Source: the human T2T-CHM13v2.0 reference genome, Homo sapiens. Taken from it: a stretch of DNA of 64,000 bases. Shown one piece after another: positions 1 to 12,500 of this stretch (positions are counted from its first letter, which is position 1; the number at the start of each line of letters is the position of its first letter). The translations under genes were made by a program, and so were the position numbers. Location of the stretch: the NCBI RefSeq assembly GCF_009914755.1, contig NC_060925.1. One strand, 5' to 3'. Below the pieces are notes generated by a model. The model searched no databases, was not told where the DNA came from, and saw nothing but the letters and a program-made list of their open reading frames with translations.

Positions 1-179
1 TAATGATTCCATTCGATTCCATTCAATGATTCCTTTCGATTCCATTTGATGATGATTTCAATCAATTTCATTCGATGATTCCATTCGAATCCATTCGATG
101 ATGAGTCCATCCATTTCAATTTCATGATAATTCCATTCGTTTCAATCCGATGGTGTTTCCATTCGATTCCATTCGATGT

Positions 180-190
180 TGATTCCATTA
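180..190 (-). promoter_or_regulatory. DUX4 consensus motif TAATGGAATCA (first of two per monomer)
   Basis: + strand TGATTCCATTA reads TAATGGAATCA on the - strand, fitting TAAYBBAATCA. DUX4 binding and activation of HSATII is established; occupancy of this copy is not shown. Confidence 0.55.
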
Positions 191-679
191 GTTTCCATTG
201 GATGATGATTCCATTCGAGTCCATTCAATGATGTTCACATTGGATTTCATTCCATAATTCTATTCGATTCCATTTGATGATGATTCCATCTGATTCCATT
301 TGATGATCCCATTCGATTCCATTCGATGATGATTCCATTCGTTTCCATCCGATGATGATTCCATTCGATTCCGTTCAATTATTATTCCATTCGAGTCCAT
401 TCGATGATTCCATTAAATTCCATTCGATGATGATTGCATTCGAGTCCATGGATTCTTCCATTCCATTCCATTAGATGATTCCATTCGAGTCCGTTCGATG
501 ATTCTTTTCGATTCCATTCGATAATTCCGTTTGATTCCGTTTGATGTTGATTCCATTCGAGTCCATTCGATGATAATTCCATTCGATTCTATGTGATGAT
601 TCCACTGCATTCCATTTGGAGATGGTTCCATTCGAGACCATTCCTTGATTGCATTCAATTCATTCGATGGCGATTCCAT

Positions 680-2001
680 TCAATTCCGTTCAATGATTCC
701 ATTAGATTCCATTTGATGATGATACCATTCGATTCCATTTGATGATGATTCCATGCGATTCCATTAGATGATGACTCCTTTCATTTCCATTCAATGAAGA
801 TTCCATTCGGTTCCATTTGATGATGATTCCTTTGAATTCCGTTTGATGACAATTCCATTCAATACCAATTGATGATGGTTATTTTTGATTCCATTTGATG
901 ATGACTACTTTCGATTCCATTTGTTCATGATTCTATTCGATTCCACTCGATGATTCCATTCAATGATGTTTCCATTCGATTTCATTGACTATTCCATTCC
1001 GTTTCAATCGATGATTCCTTTCAAGTCCATTCGATGATTCTATTCGATTGCATTCGATTATTCCATTCGATTGCATTCGATAATTCCATTCGATTCCACT
1101 TGAGGATAATTCCATTTGAGTCCATTCGATGATTGTTCCATTCGATTCTATTCGGTGATTCCATTCGATTCCATTTGATAATGATTCCTTTCGAGACCAT
1201 TCGATGATTCCATTCAATTCCATTCAATAATGATTCCATTCGAGTCCATTCAATGATTCCATTCAAGTCCATTCGATGATTCCATCTGATTCCATTCAAT
1301 GAATCCATTCGATTCCATTCTATGATGATTCCATTCATTTCCATGTGATGATGATTCCATTCGATTCCATTCAATGATTCCATTCGATTCCATTTGATGA
1401 TGATTTCAATCAATTTCATTCGATGATTCCATTCGAATCCATTCGATGATGAGTCCATCCATTTCAATTTCATGATAATTCCATTCGTTTCAATTCGATG
1501 GTGTTTCCATTCGATTCCATTCGATGATGATTCCATTAGTTTCCATTGGATGATGATTCCATTCGAGTCCATTCGATGATGATCACAATGGATTTCATTC
1601 CATAATTCTATTCGATTCCATTTGATGATGATTCCATCTGATTCCATTTGATGATTCCATTCGTTTCCATCCGATGATGATTCCATTCGATTCCGTTCAA
1701 TGATTATTCCATTCGAGTCCATTCGATGATTCCATTCGATTCCATTCGATGATGATTGCATTCGAGTCCATGGATTCTTCCATTCCATTCCATTAGATGA
1801 TTCCATTCGAGTCCATTCGATGATTCTCTTCGATTCCATTCGATAATTCCGTTTGATTCCGTTTGATGTTGATTCCATTCGTGTCCATTCGATGATAATT
1901 CCATTCGATTCTATGCGATGATTCCATTCCATTCCATTTGGAGGTGGTTCCATTCGAGACCATTCGTTGATTGCATTCAATTCATTCGATGACGATTCCA
2001 T
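680..2001 (+). repeat. Example short monomer, 1322 bp (short module X, short module Y); 14 of 46 complete monomers
   Basis: Spacing of the landmark TTCAATTCATTCGATGRCGATTCCAT (ends at 679 and 2001). Contains TTCATTGACTATTCC...TTTCAATCG and lacks the GATCCC 26-mer. Confidence 0.9.
694..704 (-). promoter_or_regulatory. DUX4 consensus motif TAATGGAATCA (second of two per monomer)
   Basis: Lies in CAATGATTCCATTAGATTCC, which recurs once per monomer. It is altered in the last copy near 63396 (CAATTATTCC). Confidence 0.55.
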
Positions 2002-3408
2002 TCAATTCCGTTCAATGATTCCATTAGATTCCATTTGATGATGATTCCATTCGATTCCATTTGATGATGATTCCATGCGATTCCATTAGATGATGACTCC
2101 TTTCATTTCCATTCAATGAGGATTCCATTCGGTTCCATTTGATGATGATTCCTTTGAATTCCATTTGATGACAATTCCATTCAATACCAATTGATGATGG
2201 TTATTTTAGATTCCATTTGATGATGATTACATTCGATTCCATTTGATCATGATTCCATTCGATTCCACTCGATGATTCCATTCGATTCCATTCAATGATT
2301 ATTCCTTTTGAGTCGATTCGATGACTCCATTCGATTGTATTCGATGGTGATTGAATTCGAGTCCATGGATTAATCCATTGCATTCCATTCGATGATTCCA
2401 TTCGAGTCCATTCGATGATTCTATTCGATTGCATTCGATAATTCCATTCGATTGCATTCGATAAATCCATTTGATTCCATTTGAGGATAATTCCATTTGA
2501 GTCCATTCGATGATTGTTCCATTCGATTCTATTCGGTGTTTCCATTCGACTTCATTTGATAATGATTCCATTCGAGATCATTCGATGATTCTATTCAATT
2601 CCATTCAATAATGATTCCATTCGAGTCCATTCAACGATTCCATTCAAGTCCATTCGATGATTCCATCTGATTCCATTCAATGAATCCATGCGATTCCATT
2701 CTATGATGATTCCATTCATTTCCATCTGATGATGATTCCATTCGATTCCATTCAATGATTCCATTCGATTCCATTTGATGATGATTTCAATCAATTTCAT
2801 TCGATGATTCCATTCGAATCCATTCGATGATGAGTCCATCCATTTCAATTTCATGATAATTCCATTCGTTTCAATTCGATGGTGTTTCCATTCGATTGCA
2901 TTCGATGTTGATTCCATTAGTTTCCATTGGATGATGATTCCATTCGAGTCCATTCAATGATGATCACATTGGATTTCATTCCATAATTCTATTCGATTCC
3001 ATTTGATGATGATTCCATCTGATTCCATTTGATGATCCCATTCGATTCCATTCGATGATGATTCCATTCGTTTCCATCCAATGATGATTCCATTCGGTTC
3101 CGTTCAATGATTATTCCATTCGAGTCCATTCGATGATTCCATTCGATTCCATTCGATGATGATTGCATTCGGGTCCATGGATTCTTCCATTCCATTCCAT
3201 TAGATGATTCCATTCGAGTCCGTTCGATGATTCTCTTCGATTCCATTTGATAATTCCGTTTGATTCCGTTTGATGTTGATTCCATTCGAGTCCATTCGAT
3301 GATAATTCCATTCGATTCTATGTGATGATTCCATTCCATTCCATTTGGAGATGGTTCCATTCGAGACCATTCGTTGATTGCATTCAATTCATTCGATGAC
3401 GATTCCAT
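2002..3408 (+). repeat. Example long monomer, 1407 bp (long X, long Y); 13 of 46, plus three 1409-bp derivatives
   Basis: Landmark spacing 2001->3408. Contains GAGTCGATTCGATGACTCC...GGATTAATCC (+59 bp) and the GATCCCATTCG-bearing extra 26-mer. Confidence 0.9.
2365..2378. other. 14-bp perfect palindrome ATGGATTAATCCAT, present in long-X monomers only
   Basis: The sequence is directly self-complementary. It recurs at ~5094, 6475, 9204 and onward. Confidence 0.85.
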
Positions 3409-3514
3409 TCAATTCCGTTCAATGATTCCATTAGATTCCATTTGATGATGATTCCATTCGATTCCATTTGATGATGATTCCATGCGATTCCATTAGATGA
3501 TGACTCCTTTATTT

Positions 3515-6500
3515 TCCATTCAATGAGGATTCCACTCGGTTCCATTTGATGATGATTCCTTTGAATTCCGTTTGATGACAATTCAATTCAATACCAATTG
3601 ATGATGGTTAATTTTGATTCCATTTGATGATGATTACTTTCGATTCCATTTGATCATGATTCCATTCAATTCCACTCGATGATTCCATTCAATGATGATT
3701 CCATTCGAGTTCATTGACTATTCCATTCCATTTCAATCGATGATTCCTTTCAAGTCCATTCGATGATTCTATTCGATTGCATTCGATTATTCCATTCAAT
3801 TGCATTCGATAATTCCATTCGATTCCATTTGAGGATAATTCCATTTGAGTCCATTCGATGATTGTTCCATTCGATTCTATTCGGTGATTCCATTCGATTC
3901 CATTTGATAATGATTCCATTCGAGACCATTCGATGATTCCATTCAATTCCATTCAATAATGATTCCATTCGAGTCCATTCAACGATTCCATTCAAGTCCA
4001 TTCGATGATTCCATCTGATTCCATTCAATGAATCCATGCGATTCCATTCTATGATGATTCCATTCATTTCCATCTGATGATGATTCCATTCGATTCCATT
4101 CAATGATTCCTTTCGATTCCATTTGATGATGATTTCAATCAATTTCATTCGATGATTCCATTCGAATCCATTCGATGATGAGTCCATCCATTTCAATTTC
4201 ATGATAATTCCATTCCTTTCAATTCGATGGTGTTTCCATTCGATTCCATTCGATGTTGATTCCATTAGTTTCCATTGGATGATGATTCCATTCTAGTCCA
4301 TTCGATGATGATCACAATGGATTTCATTCCATAATTCTATTCGATTCCATTTGATGATGATTCCATCTGATTCCATTTGATGATTCCATTCGTTTCCATC
4401 CGATGATGATTCCATTCGATTCCTTTCAATGATTATTCCATTCGAGTCCATTCGATGATTCCATTCGATTCCATTCGATGATGATTGCATTCGGGTCCAT
4501 GGATTCTTCAATTCCATTCCATTAGATGATTCCATTCCAGTCCATTCGATGATTCTCTTCTATTCCATTCGATAATTCCGTTTGATTCCCTTTGATGTTG
4601 ATTCCATTCGAGTCCATTCGATGATAATTCCATTCGATTCTATGCGATGATTCCATTCCATTCCATTTGGAGGTGGTTCCATTCGAGACCATTCGTTGAT
4701 TGCATTCAATTCATTCGATGACGATTCCATTCAATTCCGTTCAATGATTCCATTAGATTCCATTTGATGATGATTCCATTCGATTCCATTTGATGATGAT
4801 TCCATGCGATTCCATTAGATGATGACTCCTTTCATTTCCATTCAATGAGGATTCCATTCGGTTCCATTTGATGATGATTCCTTTGAATTCCATTTGATGA
4901 CAATTCCATTCAACACCAATTGATGATGGTTATTTTAGATTCCATTTGATGATGATTACATTCGATTCCATTTGATCATGATTCCATTCGATTCCACTCG
5001 ATGATTCCATTCGATTCCATTCAATGATTATTCCATTTGAGTCGATTCGATGACTCCATTCGATTGTATTCGATGGTGATTGAATTCGAGTCCATGGATT
5101 AATCCATTGCATTCCATTCGATGATTCCATTCGAGTCCATTCGATGATTCTATTCGATTGCATTCGATAATTCCATTCGATTGCATTCGATAAATCCATT
5201 TGATTCCATTTGAGGATAATTCCATTTGAGTCCATTCGATGATTGTTCCATTCGATTCTATTCGGTGATTCCATTCGACTTCATTTGATAATGATTCCAT
5301 TCGAGACCATTCGATGATTCTATTCAATTCCATTCAATAATGATTCCATTCGAGTCCATTCAACGATTCCATTCAAGTCCATTCGATGATTCCGTCTGAT
5401 TGCATTCAATGAATCCATGCGATTCCATTCTATGATGATTCCATTCATTTCCATCTGATGATGATTCCATTCGATTCCATTCAATGATTCCTTTCGATTC
5501 CATTTGATGATGATTTCAATCAATTTCATTCGATGATTACATTCGAATCCATTCGAGGATGAGTCCATCCATTTCTATTTCATGATAATTCCATTCGTTT
5601 CAATTCGATGGTGTTTCCATTCGATTCCATTCGATGTTGATTCCATTAGTTTCCATTGGATGATGATTCCATTCGAGTCCATGCGATGATGATCACAATG
5701 GATTTCATTCCATAATTCTATTCGATTCCATTTGATGATGATTCCATCTGATTCCATTTGATGATTCCATTCGTTTCCATCCGATGATGATTCCATTCGA
5801 TTCCGTTCAATGATTATTCCATTCGAGTCCATTCGATGATTCCATTCGATTCCATTCGATGATGATTGCATTCGAGTCCATGGATTCTTCCATTCCATTC
5901 CATTAGATGATTCCATTCGAGTCCGTTCGATGATTCTCTTCGATTCCCTTCGATAATTCCGTTTGATTCCGTTTGATGTTGATTCCATTCGAGTCCATTC
6001 GATGATAATTCCATTCGATTCTATGCAATGATTCCATTCCATTCCATTTGGAGATGGTTCCATTCGAGACCATTCGTTGATTGCATTCAATTCATTCGAT
6101 GACGATTCCATTCAATTCCGTTCAATGATTCCATTAGATTCCATTTGATGATGATTCCATTCGATTCCATTTGATGATGATTCCATGTGATTCCATTAGA
6201 TGATGACTCCTTTCATTTCCATACAATGAGGATTCCATTCGGTTCCATTTGATGATGATTCCTTTGAATTCCATTTGATGACAATTCCATTCAATACCAA
6301 TTGATGATGGTTATTTTAGATTCCATTTGATGATGATTACATTCGATTCCATTTGATCATGATTCCATTCGATTCCACTCGATGATTCCATTCGATTCCA
6401 TTCAATGATTATTCCATTTGAGTCGATTCGATGACTCCATTCGATTGTATTCGATGGTGATTGAATTCGAGTCCATGGATTAATCCATTGCATTCCATTC

Positions 6501-9500
6501 GATGATTCCATTCGAGTCCATTCGATGATTCTATTCGATTGCATTCGATAATTCCATTCGATTGCATTCGATAAATCCATTTGATTCCATTTGAGGATAA
6601 TTCCATTTGAGTCCATTCGATGATTGTTCCATTCGATTCTATTCGGTGATTCCATTCGACTTCATTTGATAATGATTCCATTCGAGACCATTCGATGATT
6701 CTATTCAATTCCATTCAATAATGATTCCATTCGAGTCCATTCAACGATTCCATTCAAGTCCATTCGATGATTCCATCTGATTCCATTCAATGAATCAATT
6801 CGATTCCATTCTATGATGATTCCATTCATTTCCATCTGATGATGATTCCATTCGATTCCATTCAATGATTCCTTTCGATTCCATTTGATGATGATTTCAA
6901 TCAATTTCATTCGATGATTCCATTCGAATCCATTCGATGATGAGTCCATCCATTTCAATTTCATGATAATTCCATTCGTTTCAATTCGATGGTGTTTCCA
7001 TTCGATTCCATTCGATGTTGATTCCATTAGTTTCCATTGGATGATGATTCCTTTCGAGTCCATTCAATGATGATCACATTGGATTTCATTCCATAATTCT
7101 ATTCGATTCCATTTGATGATGATTCCATCTGATTCCATTTGATGATCCCATTCGATTCCATTCGATGATGATTCCATTCGTTTCCATCCGATGATGATTC
7201 CATTCGATTCCGTTCAATGATTATTCCATTCGCGTCCATTCGATGATTCCATTCGATTCCATTCGATGATGATTGCATTCGAGTCCATGGATTCTTCCAT
7301 TCCATTCCATTAGATGATTCCATTCGAGTCCGTTCGATGATTCTCTTCGATTCCATTCGATAATCCCGTTTGATTCCGTTTGATGTTGATTGCATTCGAG
7401 TCCATTCGATGATAATTCCATTCGATTCTATGCGATGATTCCATTTCATTCCATTTGGAGATGGTTCCATTCGAGACCATTCGTTGATTGCATTCAATTC
7501 ATTCGATGACGATTCCATTCAATTCCGTTCAATGATTCCATTAGATTCCATTTGATGATGATTCCATTTGATTCCATTTGATGATGATTCCATGCGATTC
7601 CATTAGATGATGACTCCTTTCATTTCCATTCAATGAGGATTCCATTCGGTCCCATTTGATGATGATTCCTTTGAATTCCGTTTGATGACTATTCCATTCA
7701 ATACCAATTGATGATGGTAATTTTTGATTCCATTTGATGATGATTACTTTCGATTCCATTTGATCATGATTCCATTCGGTTCCACTCGATGATTCCATTC
7801 AATGATGATTCCATTCGAGTTCATTGACTATTCCATTCCATTTCAATCGATGATTCCTTTCAAGTCCATTCGATGATTCTATTCGATTGCATTCGATTAT
7901 TCCATTCGATTGCATTCGATAATTCCATTCGATTCCATTTGAGGATAATTCCATTTGAGTCCATTCGATGATTGTTCCATTCGATTCTATTCGGTGATTC
8001 CATTCGATTCCATTTGATAATGATTCCATTGGAGACCATTCGATGATTCCATTCAATTCCATTCAATAATGATTCCATTCGAGTCCATTCAATGATTCCA
8101 TTCAAGTCCATTCGATGATTCCATCTGATTCCATTCAATGAATCCATTCGATTCCATTCTATGATGATTCCATTCATTTCCATCTGATGATGATTCCATT
8201 CGATTCCATTCAATGATTCCATTCGATTCCATTTGATGATGATTTCAATCAATTTCATTCGATGATTCCATTCGAATCCATTCGATGATGAGTCCATCCA
8301 TTTCAATTTCATGATAATTCCATTCGTTTCAATTCGATGGTGTTTCCATTCGATTCCATTCGATGTTGATTCCATTAGTTTCCATTGGATGATGATTCCT
8401 TTCGTGTCCACTCGATGATGATCACAATGGATTTCACTCCATAATTCTAATCGATTCCATTTGATGATGATTCCATCTGATTCCATTAGATGATTCCATT
8501 CCTTTCCATCCGATGATGATTCCATTCGATTCCGTTCAATGATTATTCCATTCGAGTCCATTCGATGATTCCATTCGATTCCATTCGATGATGATTACAT
8601 TCGAGTCCATGGATTCTTCAATTCCATTCCATTAGATGGTTCCATTCGAGTCCATTCGATGATTCTCTTCGATTCCATTCGATAATTCCGTTTGATTCCG
8701 TTTGATGTTGATTCCATTCGAGTCCATTCGATGTTAATTCCATTCGATTCTATGCGATGATGCCATTCCATTCCATTTGGAGGTGGTTCCATTCGAGACC
8801 ATTCGTTGATTGCATTCAATTCATTCGATGACGATTCCATTCAATTCCGTTCAATGATTCCATTAGATTCCATTTGATGATGATTCCATTCGATTACATT
8901 TGATGATGATTCAATGCGATTCCATTAGATGATGACTCCTTTCATTTCCATTCAATGAGGATTCCATTCGGTTCCATTTGATGATGATTCCTTTGAATTC
9001 CATTTGATGACAATTCCATTCAATACCAATTGATGATGGTTATTTTTGATTCCATTTGATGATGATTACATTCGATTCCATTTGATCATGATTCCATTCG
9101 ATTCCACTCGATGATTCCATTCGATTCCATTCAATGATTATTCCATTTGAGTCGATTCGATGACTCCATTCGATTGTATTCGATGGTGATTGAATTCGAG
9201 TCCATGGATTAATCCATTGCATTCCATTCGATGATTCCATTCGAGTCCATTCGATGATTCTATTCGATTGCATTCGATAATTCCATTCGATTGCATTCGA
9301 TAAATCCATTTGATTCCATTTGAGGATAATTCCATTTGAGTCCATTCGATGATTGTTCCATTCGATTCTATTCGGTGATTCCATTCGACTTCATTTGATA
9401 ATGATTCCATTCGAGACCATTCGATGATTCTATTCAATTCCATTCAATAATGATTCCATTCGAGTCCATTCAACGATTCCATTCAAGTCCATTCGATGAT

Positions 9501-12500
9501 TCCATCTGATTCCATTCAATGAATCCATTCGATTCCATTCTATGATGATTCCATTCATTTCCATCTGATGATGATTCCATTCGATTCCATTCAATGATTC
9601 CTTTCGATTCCATTTGATGATGATTTCAATCAATTTCATTCGATGATTCCATTCGAATCCATTCGAGGATGAGTCCATCCATTTCTATTTCATGATAATC
9701 CCATTCGTTTCAATTCGATGGTGTTTCCATTCGATTCCATTCGATGTTGATTCCATTAGTTTCCATTGGATGATGATTCCATTCGGGTCCATTCAATGAT
9801 GATCACATTGGATTTCATTCCATAATTCTATTCGATTCCATTTGATGATGATTCCATCTGATTCCATTTGATGATCCCATTCGATTCCATTCGATGATGA
9901 TTCCATTCGTTTCCATCCGATGATGACTCCATTCGATTCCGTTCAATGATTATTCCATTCGAGTCCATTCGATGATTCCATTTTCGATTCCATTCGATGA
10001 TGATTGCATTCGAGTCCGTGGATTCTTCCACTCCATTCCATTAGATGATTCCATTCGAGTCCGTTCGATGATTCTCTTCGATTCCATTCGATAATTCCTC
10101 TTGATTCCGTTTGATGTTGATTCCATTCGAGTCCATTCGATGATAATTCCATTCGATTCTATGCGATGATTCCATTCCATTCCATTTGGAGATGGTTCCA
10201 TTCGAGACCATTCGTTGATGGCATTCAATTCATTCGATGACGATTCCATTCAATTCCGTTCAATGATTCCATTAGATTCCATTTGATGATGATTCCATTC
10301 GATTCCATTTGATGATGATTCCATGCGATTCCATTAGATGATGACTCCTTTCATTTCCATTCAATGAGGATTCCATTCGGTTCCATTTGATGATGATTCC
10401 TTTCAATTCCGTTTGATGACAATTCCATTCAATACCAATTGATGATGGTTATTTTTGATTCCATTTGATGATGATTACTTTCGATTCCATTTGATCATGA
10501 TTCCATTCGATTCCACTCGATGATTCCATTCAATGATGATTCCATTCGAGTTCATTGACTATTCCATTCCATTTCAATCGATGATTCCTTTCAAGTCCAT
10601 TCGATGATTCTATTCGATTGCATTCGATTATTCCATTCGATTGCATTCGATAATTCCATTCGATTCCATTTGAGGATAATTCCATTTGAGTCCATTCGAT
10701 GATTGTTCCATTCGATTCTATTCGGTGATTCCATTCGATTCCATTTGATAATGATTCCATTCGCGACCATTCGATGATTCCATTCAATTCCATTCAATAA
10801 TGATTCCATTCGAGTCCATTCAATGATTCCATTCAAGTCCATTCGATGATTCCATCTGATTCCATTCAATGAATCCATTCGATTCCATTCTATGATGATT
10901 CCATTCATTTCCATCTGATGATGATTCCATTCGATTCCATTCAATGATTCCATTCGATTCCATTTGATGATGATTTCAATCAATTTCATTCGATGATTCC
11001 ATTCGAATCCATTCGATGATGAGTCCATCCATTTCAATTTCATGATAATTCCATTCGTTTCAATTCGATGGTGTTTCCATTCGATTCCATTCGATGTTGA
11101 TTCCATTAGTTTCCATTGGATGATGATTCCATTCGAGTCCATTCGATGATGATCACAATGGATTTCATTCCATAATTCTATTCGATTCCATTTGATGATG
11201 ATTCCATCTGATTCCATTTGATGATTCCATTCGTTTCCATCCGATGATGATTCCATTCGATTCCATTCAATGATTATTCCATTCGAGTCCATTCGATGAT
11301 TCCATTCGATTCCATTCGATGATGATTGCATTCGAGTCCATGGATTCTTCCATTCCATTCCATTAGATGATTCCATTCCAGTCCATTCGATGATTCTCTT
11401 TGATTCCATTCGATAATTCCGTTTGATTCCGTTTGATGTTGATTCCATTCGAGTCCATTCGATGATAATTCCATTCGATTCTATGCGATGATTCCATTCC
11501 ATTCCATTTGGAGGTGGTTCCATTCGAGACCATTCGTTGATTGCATTCAATTCATTCGATGATGATTCCATTCAATTCCGTTCAATGATTCCATTAGATT
11601 CCATTTGTTGATGATTCCATTCGATTCCATTTGATGATGATTCCATGCGATTCCATTAGATGATGACTCCTTTCATTTCCATTCAATGAGGATTCCATTC
11701 GGTTCCATTTGATGATGATTCCTTTGAATTCCATTTGATGACAATTCCATTCAATACCAATTGATGATGTTTATTTTTGATTCCATTTGATGATGATTAC
11801 ATTCGATTCCATTTCATCATGATTCCATTCGATTCCACTCGATGATTCCATTCGATTCCATTCAATGATTATTCCACTTGAGTCGATTCGATGACTCCAT
11901 TCGATTGTATTCGATGGTGATTGATTTCGAGTCCATGGATTAATCCATTGCATTCCATTCGGTGATTCCATTCGAGTCCATTCGATGATTCTATTCGATT
12001 GCATTCGATAATTCCATTCGATTGCATTCGATAAATCCATTTGATTCCATTTGAGGATAATTCCTTTTGAGTCCATTCGATGATTGTTCCATTCGATTCT
12101 ATTCGGTGATTCCATTCGACTTCATTTGATAATGATTCCATTCGAGACCATTCGATGATTCTATTCAATTCCATTCAATAATGATTCCATTCGAGTCCAT
12201 TCAACGATTCCATTCAAGTCCATTAGATGATTCCATCTGATTCCATTCAATGAATCCATGCGATTCCATTCTATGATGATTCCATTCATTTCCATCTGAT
12301 GATGATTCCATTCGATTCCATTCAATGATTCCTTTCGATTCCATTTGATGATGATTTCAATCAATTTCATTCGATGATTCCATTCGAATCCATTCGATGA
12401 TGAGTCCATCCATTTCTATTTCATGATAATTCCATTCGTTTCAATTCGATGGTGTTTCCATTCGATTCCATTCGATGTTGATTCCATTAGTTTCCATTGG

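Noticed and set aside
855-895. AT-rich non-pentamer patch CAATACCAATTGATGATGGTTATTTTTGA as a possible insertion, promoter or terminator
   Set aside because: It recurs once per monomer in register and can be derived from the 26-bp sub-unit by substitutions. It has no target-site duplication or hairpin, so it is useful only as a landmark.
1021-2001. 326-aa minus-strand ORF (also at 10591, 22864, 33756, 36485, 48716, 55529, 61020) and all other MES/NGI/IEW-rich ORFs
   Set aside because: These are translations of (GAATG)n-derived satellite: the - strand is naturally stop-poor while + is full of TGA. The ORFs overlap in several frames, are broken freely by SNVs and the 26-bp module, and show no recognisable domain. 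Similar database 'proteins' would most likely be satellite mis-annotations.
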